Under the pieces are notes generated by a model. The model did no database searches. It was not told the DNA's origin and worked only from the letters and a program-made list of their open reading frames with translations. A DNA stretch of 64,000 nucleotides from the human T2T-CHM13v2.0 reference genome, Homo sapiens, in the NCBI RefSeq assembly GCF_009914755.1, contig NC_060934.1. One strand, written 5' to 3'. A program made the position numbers and the translations under genes. Positions 16,394-28,545 of this stretch are shown in pieces. Numbering within the stretch: the first letter of the stretch is position 1; every line of letters begins with the position of its first letter.

Positions 16394-18269
16394 GCCCTCT
16401 CCCTCTCCCTCTCCCTCTCCCCACGGCCCACGGTCTCCCTCTCCCTCTCTTTCCACGGTCTCCCTCTGATGCCGAGCCGAAGCTGGACTGTACTGCTGCC
16501 ATCTCGGCTCACTGCAACCTCCCTGCCTGATTCTCCTGCCTCAGCCTGCCGAGTGCCTGCGATTACAGGCGCGCGCCGCCACACCTGACTGGTTTTCTTA
16601 CTTTTTTGGTGGAGACGGGGTTTCGCTGTGTTGGCCGGGCTGGTCTCCAGCTCCTAACCGCGAGTGATCCGCCAGCCTCGGCCTCCCGAGGTGCTGGGAT
16701 TGCAGACGGAGTCTGGTTCACTCAGTGCTCAATGGTGCCCAGGCTGGAGTGCAGTGGCGTGATCTCGGCTCGCTACAACCTCCACCTCCCAGCCGCCTGC
16801 CTTGGCCTCCCAAAGTGCCGAGATTGCAGCCTCTGCCCGGCCGCCACCCCGTCTGGGAAGTGAGGAGCGTCTCTGCCTGGCCGCCCATCGTCTGGGACGT
16901 GAGGAGCCCCTCTGCCTGGCTGCCCAGTCTGGAAAGTGAGGAGCGCCTCTTCCTGGCCGCCATCCCGTCTAGGAAGTGAGGAGCGTCTCTGCCCGGCCGC
17001 CATCCCATCTAGGAAGTGAGGAGCGCCTCTTCCCGGCCGCCATCCCATCTAGGAAGTAAGGAGCGTCTCTGCCCGGCCGCCCATCGCCTGAGATGTGGGG
17101 AGTGCCTCTGCCCCGCCGCCCCGTCTGGGATGTGAGAGCGCCCAGCCGCGACCCCGTCTGGGAGGTGAGGAGCGTCTCTGCCTGGCCGCCCCATCTGAGA
17201 AGTGAGGAGACCCTCCGCCTGGCAACCGCCCCGTCTGAGAAGTGACGAGCCCCTCCGCCCGGCAGCCGCCCCGTCTGAGAAGTGAGGAGCCCCTACGCCC
17301 GGCAGCCACCCCGTCTGGGAAGTGAGGAGCGTCTCCGCCCGGCAGCCACCCCGTCCGGGAGGGAGGTGGGGGTCAGCCCCCGCCAGGCCAGCCGCCCCGT
17401 CCAGGAGGGAGGTCGGGGGGTCAGCCCCCCGCCCGGCCAGCCACCCCGTCCGGGAGGTGAGGGGCACCTCTGCCCGGCCGCCCCTACTGGGAAGTGAGGA
17501 GCCCCTCTGCCCGGCCAGCCGCCCAGTCCGGGAGGTGAGGGGCGCCTCTGCCCGGCCGCTCCTACTGGGAAGTGAGGAGCCCCTCTGCCCGGCCAGCCGC
17601 CCAGTCCGGGAGGGAGGTGGGGGGGTCAGCCCCCCGCCCGGCCAGCCGCCCCGTCCGGGAGGTGAGGGGCGCCTCTGCCCGGCCGTCCCTACTGGGATGT
17701 GAGGAGCCCCTCTGCCCGGCCACCACCCCGTCTGGGAGGTGTACCCAACAGCTCATTGAGAACGGGCCGGGACGACAATGGCGGTTTTGTGGAATAGAAA
17801 GGGGGGAAAGGTGGGGAAAAGATTGGGAAATCGGATGGTTGCCGTGTCTGTGTAGAAAGAAGTAGACATGGGAGACTTTTCATTTTGTTCTGTACCAAGA
17901 AAAATTCTTCTGCCTTGGGATCCTGTTGATCGGTGACCTTACCCCCAACCCTGTGCTCTCTGAAACATGTGCTGTGTCCACTCAGGGTTAAATGGATTAA
18001 GGGCGGTGCAAGATGTGCTTTGTTAAACAGATGCTTGAAGGCAGCATGCTCGTTAAGAATCATCACCACTCCCTAATCTCAAGTACCCAGGGACACAAAC
18101 ACTGCGGAAGGCTGCAGGGTCCTCTGCCTAGGAAAACCAGAGACCTTTGTTCACTTGTTTATCTGCTGACCTTCCCTCCACTATTGTCCTATGACCCTGC
18201 CAACTCCCCCTCTGCGAGAAACACCCAAGAATGATCAATTAAAAAAAAATAAATAAAATAAAATAAAAA
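16394..18269 (+). mobile_element. Full-length SVA retrotransposon (D-like), antisense to MARCHF8
   Basis: (CCCTCT)4 from 16395, Alu-like region, GC-rich VNTR about 16830-17740, SINE-R to about 18237, A-tail; perfect 17-bp TSD AGAAATTATAACACTGT at 16377-16393 and 18270-18286. Confidence 0.98.
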
Positions 18270-18361
18270 AGAAATTATAACACTGTAACTGCTTCCTACA
18301 GTGCTATATGAGCAAGTAACCTTTCTAGAAAGACAGTTAATGGTCTTTAGTGCAGAATGTA

Positions 18362-18470
18362 CTCATTCAGAAACACGTTTATTAACCACCTACTATGAGC
18401 CAGGTACAGGTCCAGCCCCTGCGAATGATGAGTGAACAAAACAAAGATCCCTGCTGTTGTAGAGCTTATG
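18362..18470 (-). mobile_element. L2 3' end fragment
   Basis: TTTATTAACCACCTACTATGAGCCAGG...ATCCCTGC. Confidence 0.7.
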
Positions 18471-19350
18471 AAAACAGTGTAGAAAGAGATTGTCCATTTT
18501 CTCTGGTTGTCTCAGAGCTCAGGGCTTGTGTTCAGGGGATGTTTGTTAGAGTTTTAAAACTATAAATGATATATTTACTGATGAAATAGTGTATTCAATT
18601 TGGCCTGGATTCCTTAATACTCTGGCTCTTTTCATCTTTGCTATTTGCATGTCCCCACAGCTCAAGAACATCTCATAGCCTCAGCAAAGTTAACAGAGAC
18701 GGCATCCACAAAAAATCAGACAGAGGGAGCAAATGGCAACACTGGAACAGCCCTGCCAAATGAAATTACATGTCTGGCTTACACACACACGTGGGAAATA
18801 ATACCACAAAACAGAACAAAGACCCTTTGTTCTGTCTTCTATGCATTTTTCCACCCTATGAGAAGCTAAAAGATCTTCCCAGAATGAATGCTCCAGCAGA
18901 AAGAATTGGAGTGGCTTCTGAAAACAACACTTCCTCTAGAAAATAGCAATAGAGCCTGAAGGTGCGTTCATTAAAATTATGAACTCAGTTGTCTTTCTCA
19001 GGGTTTTTCAAAGCCATAACTCCATAATTTAAGTGGGCAATATTATATCAATAAAAAAGATTTTTTTACATCAAGAATAAGACGATACATTTAAAAATGC
19101 TATAATCTATATGTTTAAATGCTTACTGGCTTAAGAATACTTTTCGCAATTTCAAGAAACAGTTTTGTTAGAAACAAAGTACATCATTGAAAATGAAATT
19201 AAAATTAAACTGCTAAGTTTTTCTGGCTGGGAACCTCAAGAGTGAGGCATCCTTGAGCAACTCTGGGTTCTACACGTCTGTTCCATAAAGCCTAATGGCA
19301 TCCCTGAATCAGTGAGAAACCAGGCACAGCTGACAGGGCACGTCTCCTAC

Positions 19351-19380
19351 CTGAAGCTTCATTTTCCAACAAGAATGCAT
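19351..19380 (-). CDS. MARCHF8: Candidate alternative first coding exon of MARCHF8 encoding MHSCWKMKLQ
   Basis: ATG CAT TCT TGT TGG AAA ATG AAG CTT CAG|GTAGGA; phase-0 donor, same phase as the canonical exon; peptide matches my recollection of the Xenopus March8 N-terminus. Confidence 0.75.
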
Positions 19381-19620
19381 TGGTGTGCGCTCAGTGCAGC
19401 GCTTCCCCGCAACATGGTCCCTGTGCTTGATGCCGGGGAACAGGCGCTGCCTGCACAGCAGCTGCCACCCTACAGCTGCCAGCAGCAGCACATGGCTGGC
19501 TGTCGCAGCTGGACTTGTGAGGGCTTGCTGAAGCCCTCAGCATACCACTCCTGCCATCAAACTGGACTACTTCCTCCAGCTGATTTTCAAGGAACGAGGC
19601 AGTGAATGAATAATTCATGA
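19381..19620 (-). promoter_or_regulatory. Candidate internal promoter / 5' UTR for the alternative exon
   Basis: Non-repetitive, locally GC-richer sequence with several CpGs and clustered CAGCTG E-boxes. Confidence 0.5.
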
Positions 19621-21337
19621 CAAGTCCATTCTAGCAACCAATTTCACCTCTGCCTATAGTCTCCCCATAGCAATCTGCAATGTAACGATTCTAAGACTTA
19701 CTCGGTGCCATACAAGGAATGAAAGCTCAGTTTCCCGTCAATGACAGTAAATGTTACAGGATCTGTTTGCTCTTCCTGTGTGCCAACCTGTCACCCAGAC
19801 TTACTTGAAATATTTTTTTTAATGTAGAAAAGCTAAATGATTAACCACAGATGTCTGACAGAACAAAACAAAATTTTTTTCCCCACAAAACCCACCCTAC
19901 ATAATGAGTTCTGGATGCAGAAAAAGCAGCAAAATGCTTGCCCTGTGATCAGCAGGTCAGTATTTACATTTAGTAAAAGATCAGTTCCTGCAGACCATCA
20001 TCACAGGGTGGGGGAGGGGAGCTCTGCGTATCAATGCCAGGAAACAAACTGCTTCAAGGAGGAATTTTCCTGGTTTCAGGCTATAAATAAATCGTCCATC
20101 TCATTGGTATTCTTCTAGGAAGTACATGAATATTCATTTTCACCAATTTGTCCATGCTTACATATTTCCAAATGAGTCATATCTAAAGAAGTCAATTTTC
20201 TGCAACTTAAAATCATCATTCCAAGACAAACTTGAACCAGAGAAGGGAAGGCCAATAATGGTATCATCTCAACTGCACCTGTAGGCAGTCCAATCACCTG
20301 TAATGTTCTCCACCTGTTTCCCATAGCCGTCCTTTTTTCTCACTGCTGCAATGTTTTCTCTTCTGAACTCACTGTAAACATCTCAAGCTTTTGCTGTCAC
20401 TAAGGTAATTTTTCAGCCATGAGTATTCTGTTCCTCGCTGCTTCTAATTTATTTGTTGTTATGCAACAAACAAGTTCCCCAAGTGTTTCTTGCCCTTGTA
20501 TTTTCCCTTTTCACCTTCTTCTTTTCACCTATTTTATCACTTCTGAACTTATGTTTTATAAACTTCTAGTTCCTATTATACTATTCCACAGTAGATAGGA
20601 ATTCTCTTCCTTTTTTGCAGGGAAATAATGATTTCTTCCAGTACAGACTCTGCATCATTCCACAAGCACTGAGCCTTTCACTGTCCGGACATGTGTACAG
20701 AGGCCTCACCAAGTCCCCTCATTGCCTTCCACTTCACAAGGACATTCGATCTGGCTTGTGTGTGTGTGATGCCGTGTTGTCTAGGGGAACCCTTCCTCTT
20801 CCAGCTATTGGGAGCTGATGCCGCATTCAAGCAGCTTTCTGCAGGCATGCTGCGGAGAGGGCAGTTCATGGTGTGTGGTAAAGAGACAAAGGAACCAGTC
20901 TCTATTGAAAGCCCTAACTCTGTTCTCTTCTCCCAGGGATATCCTTTTCCTCAACATTCTGTAATCCCCTCAATGTCTTACGAGATTTCATGTCCACCAG
21001 AAAGTGTCTAGCCCAAGTTGTTCTCTTCCCCTTTTGAAGTGACATTCCTTTTTCTCCAAATCCTGACCACCCACTCCCCTACCCCATCCCATGAATGAGA
21101 GGATAAGAGGGCCTATCACCTGAGGCTCACAATGTGTCCCTTCTTCCACTTCCTGTTCTCTACAGAGACTTATTTCCTTGATGTTCTCTTTTGCCCTGCG
21201 TTCTGCTAACTCCCAGTTTCCTGATGAAGATAATCAGTTCTAAGGTTGATCACTATGCTTCTTGTCTTCTCTACTTCATTCCCAGCCTAGACACAAGAGA
21301 TCACTAAAACAGTGATCTCCAGTATGTTTCATTTTGC

Positions 21338-21467
21338 TAATTATTTTTTGTAGAGACAGGGTCTTACTATATTGCCCAGGCTGGTCTCAAACTCCTGGCC
21401 TCAAGAGATCTTCCTGCCTCGGCTCCCAAAATGGTAGGATTATAGGTGTGAGCCACTGTGCCTGGCT
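21338..21467 (-). mobile_element. Alu left monomer (FLAM_C-like)
   Basis: Single left-arm monomer. Confidence 0.9.
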
Positions 21468-21498
21468 CAAACTGATTGATTATTAAGAATCAAGTGTG

Positions 21499-21804
<306 letters not shown>

Positions 21805-22328
21805 CTAAGAGTGCACAAAAAAATCCTCAGAATTAACAGCGACATAAAGATCATTTAGTCCAACCCAATCCAGAGCCTCAATCCTATAAAATGGCAACCC
21901 CAGCTGTTTCTCTCAACACTCCCAGACAGCTCTCCAGTCACCTGCCAAGGCAGCTAAATCTATTCACTCTGCTAAAATATATGTATGTACCTCCTTATTA
22001 ACAGCCAGGCTCACCCTTTGGCCTGCAGTATGTATGGGAACACTGGATTGTAAAAGCAAATTAAAAGGACAGACAGTTTGGCACAATGGTGGCAACAGTG
22101 GTGAGTAGCACAACAGGAAGTCAAAACATGGACACCAAATTTCCCTGGAGTATCAGCTAGTTGACAGTAGAGTTGTGAATCCACTAGCATTTAACCAAGT
22201 TATTAAAAACTTTTCTTATGGACTATACACGTGAACAATTCTACCGATGTTTTAGGGCCTCCTTCCATTCCCCATCCCAAGAATAGTAATATGAATATAA
22301 TGTAAAAAGAGAACCTCTTAAGAAGGGC

Positions 22329-22734
22329 TCAAAATAGTTTGGATATTTGTCTCCACCAAATCTCATGTTGAAATTTAATTGCCAATGTTGGAGGTGTGAC
22401 CTGGTGGGAGGTCGACTGGATCATGGGGGCTGATCCCTCAGGAATGGTTTTTACCACCATCCCCTTGGTGCTGTCCTCATGATAGAGTGATTTCTCAGAA
22501 GATCTGGTCATTTAAGAATGTGTGGCACCTCCCCAGACCTCTTGCTCCTGCTCTCGCCATATGAGACAACACTCTCCCTCTGCCTTCTGTAAGCAGCCCA
22601 AGGCCTCACCAGAAGCTGAACAGATGCCGGTGTCAGGCTTCCTGTACAGCCTACAGAACCACGAGGCAATTAAACCTCTTTATGAATTACTCAGTCTCAG
22701 GTATTTCTTTACAGCAACAAGACAGCCTAACATA
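22329..22734 (+). mobile_element. MST (MaLR) solo LTR
   Basis: ATAGTTTGGATATTTGTC...CTCAGGTATTTCTTTACAGCAA; AGGGC flanks both ends. Confidence 0.88.
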
Positions 22735-24464
22735 AGGGCTTAGAACTGCTATAACTAAAACTTCACACAAAAAGACTCTGGAATACAGTGCCCTTCACAT
22801 TTTCTTGTATACCTTCATGAAAGTCTATATTCTCCATGTCCTCCTTCGCAGACTGATGTCTGGGTGAACAAATATATAACACAGGCAAGGATTTGCAATG
22901 TTTTTTCATGACAAATGTCAAACAAGCATAAGAGACTGCTAGGCACTATTAATTGTAAGTGATAAACTAACCCTCCAATTTTAAGATGATCGTGATCTTA
23001 GCAATCTATGTTTCTTGAATATTTTAAGTTAAAACTTAATTTTTTTGCATTATCAGGTACTTCTCTCAGAGACTAGGCTTCCTGGCAGCTAATACAAGAG
23101 GTGATGAGTGCACATCGTATCTCAGGTGTCTCATAAAGAATTCTGGTTGCTCTTGGTTGTCTGAGATAAAAGGCCTGATGACTATGGAGGGGCAGGCTTT
23201 CATAAGAATTATCAATGAAGGCAAGGTGATGGTTATCAGGCAAGTCCTTCCAACCTTCAGAAGAACTCTGAATTAAAGTTGGACTGACCCCTGAGTATCT
23301 GTGATTCTACCATCACAGTGCCACATCAGTACAGAAAAGAGAGCTCCGATGACACAGAACGCAGTTTGCAGCTTGATGACATGTGTATTCTCGCACTGCT
23401 GACATTACAACCAAGACCTCAGAACTCTTAAGACAACAGCAATGGTATGTCCTTGAGGCAGCAGGAAAGTATCAACAACCTACCTGCCTGCAGTTCACCC
23501 ATTCATGGATTTTCCCTGCCTAGACTACTGCTCTAAAGACTCTGATCTGAAGAACTTTTGCTTTCCATGATCTTCAAAACCTGCCTCCTCAAACACTGCC
23601 CAATACTCTAGACGAGATATCCAGTTTGCTCTGACCTTTACTGTACATGTTTGGTCCTTCCAGAATATTAGGAGCTTCCTCAACTCCTAACAGATTGCCC
23701 AAGGGAGCATCCTGTGGAATGGAAATCCGTTTCCACATTATCTCTGTAATGCCAATCCTGCTGATCTCAGTTCAGCAGCAAACTGTAACCCCTGGACACT
23801 GGTATGGTTCTAGAGCCCTCTTGTAACTTTCAAGAGCATTCCCAAAGCTACCAGCATCCTATCATTGCTCTTGGCCAGAATGGCTCTAATAAAGCATGTA
23901 TCATACACTAATCAAAATGGCTTAGCTTTTAAACCACTGTACTTGTGAGAGGACCTAGTAACACCTTCGTAACACTTCCTTTGTCAGTGTTACAAAAGAA
24001 GTAACAAGGATCCCACCACCTTGTAAAAGCTCTAAAAGATATGCTGGAAGGGAGTCTACACACACAAAAAAACTTCTGACAGATTTCACCAACTGCTGTC
24101 TTTTTCAATTTGATCTTAAAATGAAAATATAAAATATGTGAGTAAAAATTTAAAGTGCCATTCGTAAAGGATTGAATATATCTTCATTCAAGCATGGGTA
24201 TCATGTGGATACCATCCCTTTGTTCATGAGTAAGGTATCATCTGTACAATAAGGAGTTCCTACTCTATTACATGAGATAAACAGGTAAACAACTAACAGA
24301 TATGACTATGTGGCAAAACTAAATAAACGCCATATCAGAGATACAGATGCTAGTTTCTTGTATCCTCCCACTACCACCCATCCATCCACAATGAGAACAG
24401 AAAGGAAGGAGACATAAGGGAAGGTTTGGGAAGTCAGTAAGTAGACTACTGCAATAATCTAGAT

Positions 24465-24785
24465 CAAGGGTCAGCAAACTTTTTCTGTAAAGAGCCAGAG
24501 AGGAAATATTTTATGCTTTGCAAGTCATATTCTCTATTACACCTACTCAATTCTGCCATTGTCAGACAAAAGTAGTCACAAGGAAATGAGCATGGCTCTA
24601 CTCCAATAAAACTATATTTATGAAAACTGAAATTTTGATTTCATATCATTTTCATGCATCGTAAAATATTAATCTCTTGACTTTTCTCCAACCATTTAAA
24701 AATGTAAAAACCGTTTTTAGCTGGCAAGTCATAAAAAACAGCAGTGGCTGGATTTGGACCATGGGCTATGATTTGCCAGCCCCTG
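24465..24785. mobile_element. MER58B-like hAT MITE
   Basis: Imperfect TIRs CAAGGGTCAGCAAA / TTTGCCAGCCCCTG. Confidence 0.8.
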
Positions 24786-25049
24786 ACCTACACGGCTGCC
24801 TGAAATACAGCAGTAGCACCAGGGCAGAGAGGAAGGACAAAGAAAACATTTCAGAGGTGGAATCAGTAAAACTTATTGATGAGTGGCGCATTAAGAGCAA
24901 AGTCGGCAAAAGGAGCTCCCTAGTTTCTAGCCCAGGTGACTCAGAGGGAATGTCATGAACAAATAAGAGCAGCAGCTCTCCTTCACCTGAGGAGGACAAC
25001 AGCACCTGGAGTGCACCACTCACTGCCCAGGTGATGAGAACTACGCACT

Positions 25050-25275
25050 CAGCAGCAGTGACCCAAGACTCAAATCCCACCTCCATCAGTTATCACATAC
25101 CCAACCTTTTTGATTCTCAGCTTCCAAATCAATCCATAAAGTGATCATGACCACAACAGTAATGCCTACTTCAAAGGGTTGCTGTAAGGATTCAATTTAG
25201 TGAGTTAACATATGGAAAGTCCTTGGGACAGTGCCTGGCTCACAGTAAATGATATGTAAGTGTTAGCCATTATTC
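25050..25275 (-). mobile_element. MIR
   Basis: GGGTTGCTGTAAGGATT...ACAGTGCCTGGCTCACAGTAAATG. Confidence 0.75.
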
Positions 25276-28248
25276 GAAATATAAAAATTTTAATCCATAA
25301 ATGTTATAGAGGCAATTTATAAATACCATATGTTGGCCTACTTAAATACAGTAAAAAACAGTATTCACAGTAATAAACATTCTTAAGCATTTAAACCATC
25401 TGTGAATACTTGACATAGTATACAGCATTATTTAAGCTAAATAATATCAAATTAAGTTCCTTTCATACTGGGGAAAAAAATCAATGCTGAAGTAGTGCTG
25501 GCCAGGATAAACTGTACAAAGGTATGTGTGGTTCAGGGTAAAGCAAAGTCAGTCTTGAGAGTTAGAATGGGACGAGGGTCTAAAACAGGTGACAAGTACA
25601 ACTGTGGCCTGGGCTAGTCACCAGATTTCTGGGGGACTCCATCAGGCGCTTTTCTTATGTTCTAAGAATTTACCTAGTCTACAAGTTCCATTCTACCACA
25701 CGAGGGGGCGTGAAGCAAATACCAATGTGAGATTAAAACCTGCTGCAATTACTGTACTTCTAAAAACAAATCAGTCTGACAGCAAGAATGTAATTACATT
25801 TTTTATTAGGAGATAGAAAATACAAAATATTTTATGAGGATTAAATATAATTGGAATATTTTCTATGATTTGATAAAAAGAAGCATTAACTACTTTGTTG
25901 AATGATACACATTTCAACTGAAAGAAATCACAAAATACTTTTAACTTTGTTCTTTATCTGTAATATCTTGAAAAGTTGCTGTTCAAAGGTATATTGCTTT
26001 CTAGTTAATTACCCATCGTAGCAACTAAACCTGTGAACAGCTAAAAAAAATAATCAACTTATCTTTAATTACGTTACATTTTTTAGAAAACTATTTTCAT
26101 CACTTGAAACTCACTCTGCTTTGCTTTTAAGGGTCTTTTCCCCAAAAGTTCTTCATTGAAGAACAATTGATGGGGAATGAAGTCACTTTTATAAATCTAC
26201 CTATGATATATCTGAATCCAGAATGTGCCCAAATACCTTCATTTTGAAGCCTCTTGAATAAGACAGGAAAAGATAAACTGCCTAGGCAGGTATACCATGA
26301 TTTGATTAAGCAGTAAAAAAGATTACCCAAAACCAGTAATTCCAAGTATTCCTTTGTTTGATGACCTGATTTTTATTCCCTAGAACAATGCAGCATAGCA
26401 AAATTAAGAGACATAGTAAAATGTAGGGGCCTTTCCTTCTTCAGAGTCGAAAACTAGCTGCTCAGAAATGTGGGTGCATGAACAGTTTTAGGCTCAAGTG
26501 TATGTGGAAGGTAAAGATCTGAAAATGGAGTCGTTAAAACTGCCCATGCTTCTGCTCCTTTTGGAAAGTCTGCCTGTGCCTCCCAGACATGGTGCAAACC
26601 AATGTTTACATAAGATAACAAAAAATTTGGAATTAGATTTAAAATTATATGAATACCTAGGAAGTGTGAGATAACTTGCCCATTGGCCTTTAAATTATTT
26701 CGTATAATTTACTATTTATTATTGTCTACTGCGACGCTTTCTTCAGCTCACTTTCGGCAAGCATAATCTTTTATTTCCCAAAACTTTTGATTTGAAAAAC
26801 TTTAAATCTACAGAAAAGCTAAAAGAATAGTACAATGAATACCTGTCTGTCCTTCACCTAGATGCATCAACTGTTATAAAATCTGCCCATTTACTTTTTC
26901 TTTCTCTGATATACATATTCTGATGCATAAAATTAACTGTAATTCTATCATTATTATCTAATATATAGAAAATATTCAGCTTTCCCAGTTGTCCAAAAAA
27001 CACACCTTACAGGTATTTATGTTTTTAACATGTTCCACCAAGGTACACATATTACACTGGTTGTCTTTTTAGTTTTTTATAATCTAAGACAGTCCTCCCA
27101 CATTTTTCTGTTTTTAATGATAAACAACTTTTTAAAGTCAGGGGTTCAAGGTTCAAATTTCCCCCAAAAAACTCTGCATATTAATTTAATAAAATAATTT
27201 TTTCAGTTATTATCAAAGTTTTGTTGGTAAAAGATGCTAGCCTTGTGACTGTTAGATTTGGGGTGACAACTCTCAGTGGATTGGTATGGGAGGGCCACTG
27301 AGGCCTGAAGGACACTATCTGGGAGTGGACACACTGTGGGAGTGACTATCTCCCACAAAGTAACCATTTCATCTCCACCACTTTCCAGAAAATAAGCAGT
27401 CTCCTCCAAGTTCAGTAAGAACCCAAGGTCACACTGCTAATTAGATGAAAAGACCTTTGCTCTCAGGGAACAGACATCTACACACCTTGGGTAACAATCC
27501 TGGTCAGTTGAGCACATCTTTCCCAATTTGGGTGTATGACTGCTTAGAAGTGCTAATTACGTACACAGCTAGTAATACATAAACACTACCTTAATCATCC
27601 TAAGCCTAACTCAAAACCAAAGCCCTGAGGCAAAAGATGCTATTAAGATGTCCTTGTAATTCTACCACTGTTCATGTATTACCTGAACAGTGTGAATCCA
27701 ACAGCAGTGCCCTGCTCTGCTTTTAAAAAAACAGGCTTCTGAAATGTGGTAAATTGAGTTCTTCAGAAACAAACATGAAAAACACACAAATTCGGCATTA
27801 GGATGACTGGATGAAAGGGATGACAGTTCATTCCCTATGCAAAAGTGGTATGGAAGATATAAAACATTCCAAGCCAGGTGTGATGGCTCGTGTCTATAAT
27901 ACCAACACGTGGCCCCCCAAGTGAGCTATAATTGCACCCCTGCACCTCAACGTGGGCAACAGAATGAGACCCCTGTCTCTTAAAAACACAAAACTATTTG
28001 ATGCACAAATGAATGAAAAAATATGTGTGTGCAGTCTATATTCATGTGCAAGCATTTTTTTAGAGGAAACAAAACAATATGAAAAAAATATACAGTCAGG
28101 CATTTATCTTTGGTGCTGTTTTATTCATGTGTAAAATAAGGAAGTCATCTCAATAACATCACATATCAAAAGCCATTAACAACGATTACAGGACACTAGG
28201 ACTGTAGTATTATTTACTGCAATCTCTGCATTAAAAAATAAATTAGGG

Positions 28249-28545
28249 GCCCAATAGGGTGGCTCACACCTATAATCCCAACACTTTGGAAAGCCAAGGT
28301 GGGAGGATGGCTTGAGGCCAGGAGTTTGAGGCCAGCCTTGGCAACATAGCAAGATCTCATCTCTTCAAAATAAAAAATTTAGCCACGTGTGATGGTGTAT
28401 GCCTATAGTCCCAGCTATTCAGGAGGCTGGGATGGGAGGATCACTTGAGCCCAGCAGTTCAAGGCTGCAGTGAGCTATGATCATGCCACTGCACTCCAGC
28501 CTGTGAGAGTGAGACCCAATCTCTAAACTAAATAAATAAAAACAA
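28249..28545 (+). mobile_element. AluJ (a deleted Alu fragment also lies at about 27872-27985)
   Basis: GAGGCCAGGAGTTTGAG and GTGAGCTATGATC diagnostics. Confidence 0.9.

Noticed and set aside
16354-18234. Many overlapping 64-152 aa ORFs
   Set aside because: They arise from the GC-rich, stop-poor SVA VNTR and Alu-like region and are not genes
19309-19491. 60-aa minus-strand ORF as listed in the track
   Set aside because: It starts at GTG and runs through the splice donor; only the MHSCWKMKLQ portion has support
19940-20330. Unique sequence here (also about 23100-24050, 55240-55700 and 63480-63870) considered as processed pseudogenes
   Set aside because: The frames I translated gave no recognisable protein and I saw no poly-A/TSD; left unassigned pending BLASTX or Dfam search
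23101-23165. GTGATGA...CTGA resembling snoRNA C/D boxes
   Set aside because: Antisense to the host transcript, with no terminal stem and no recognisable guide
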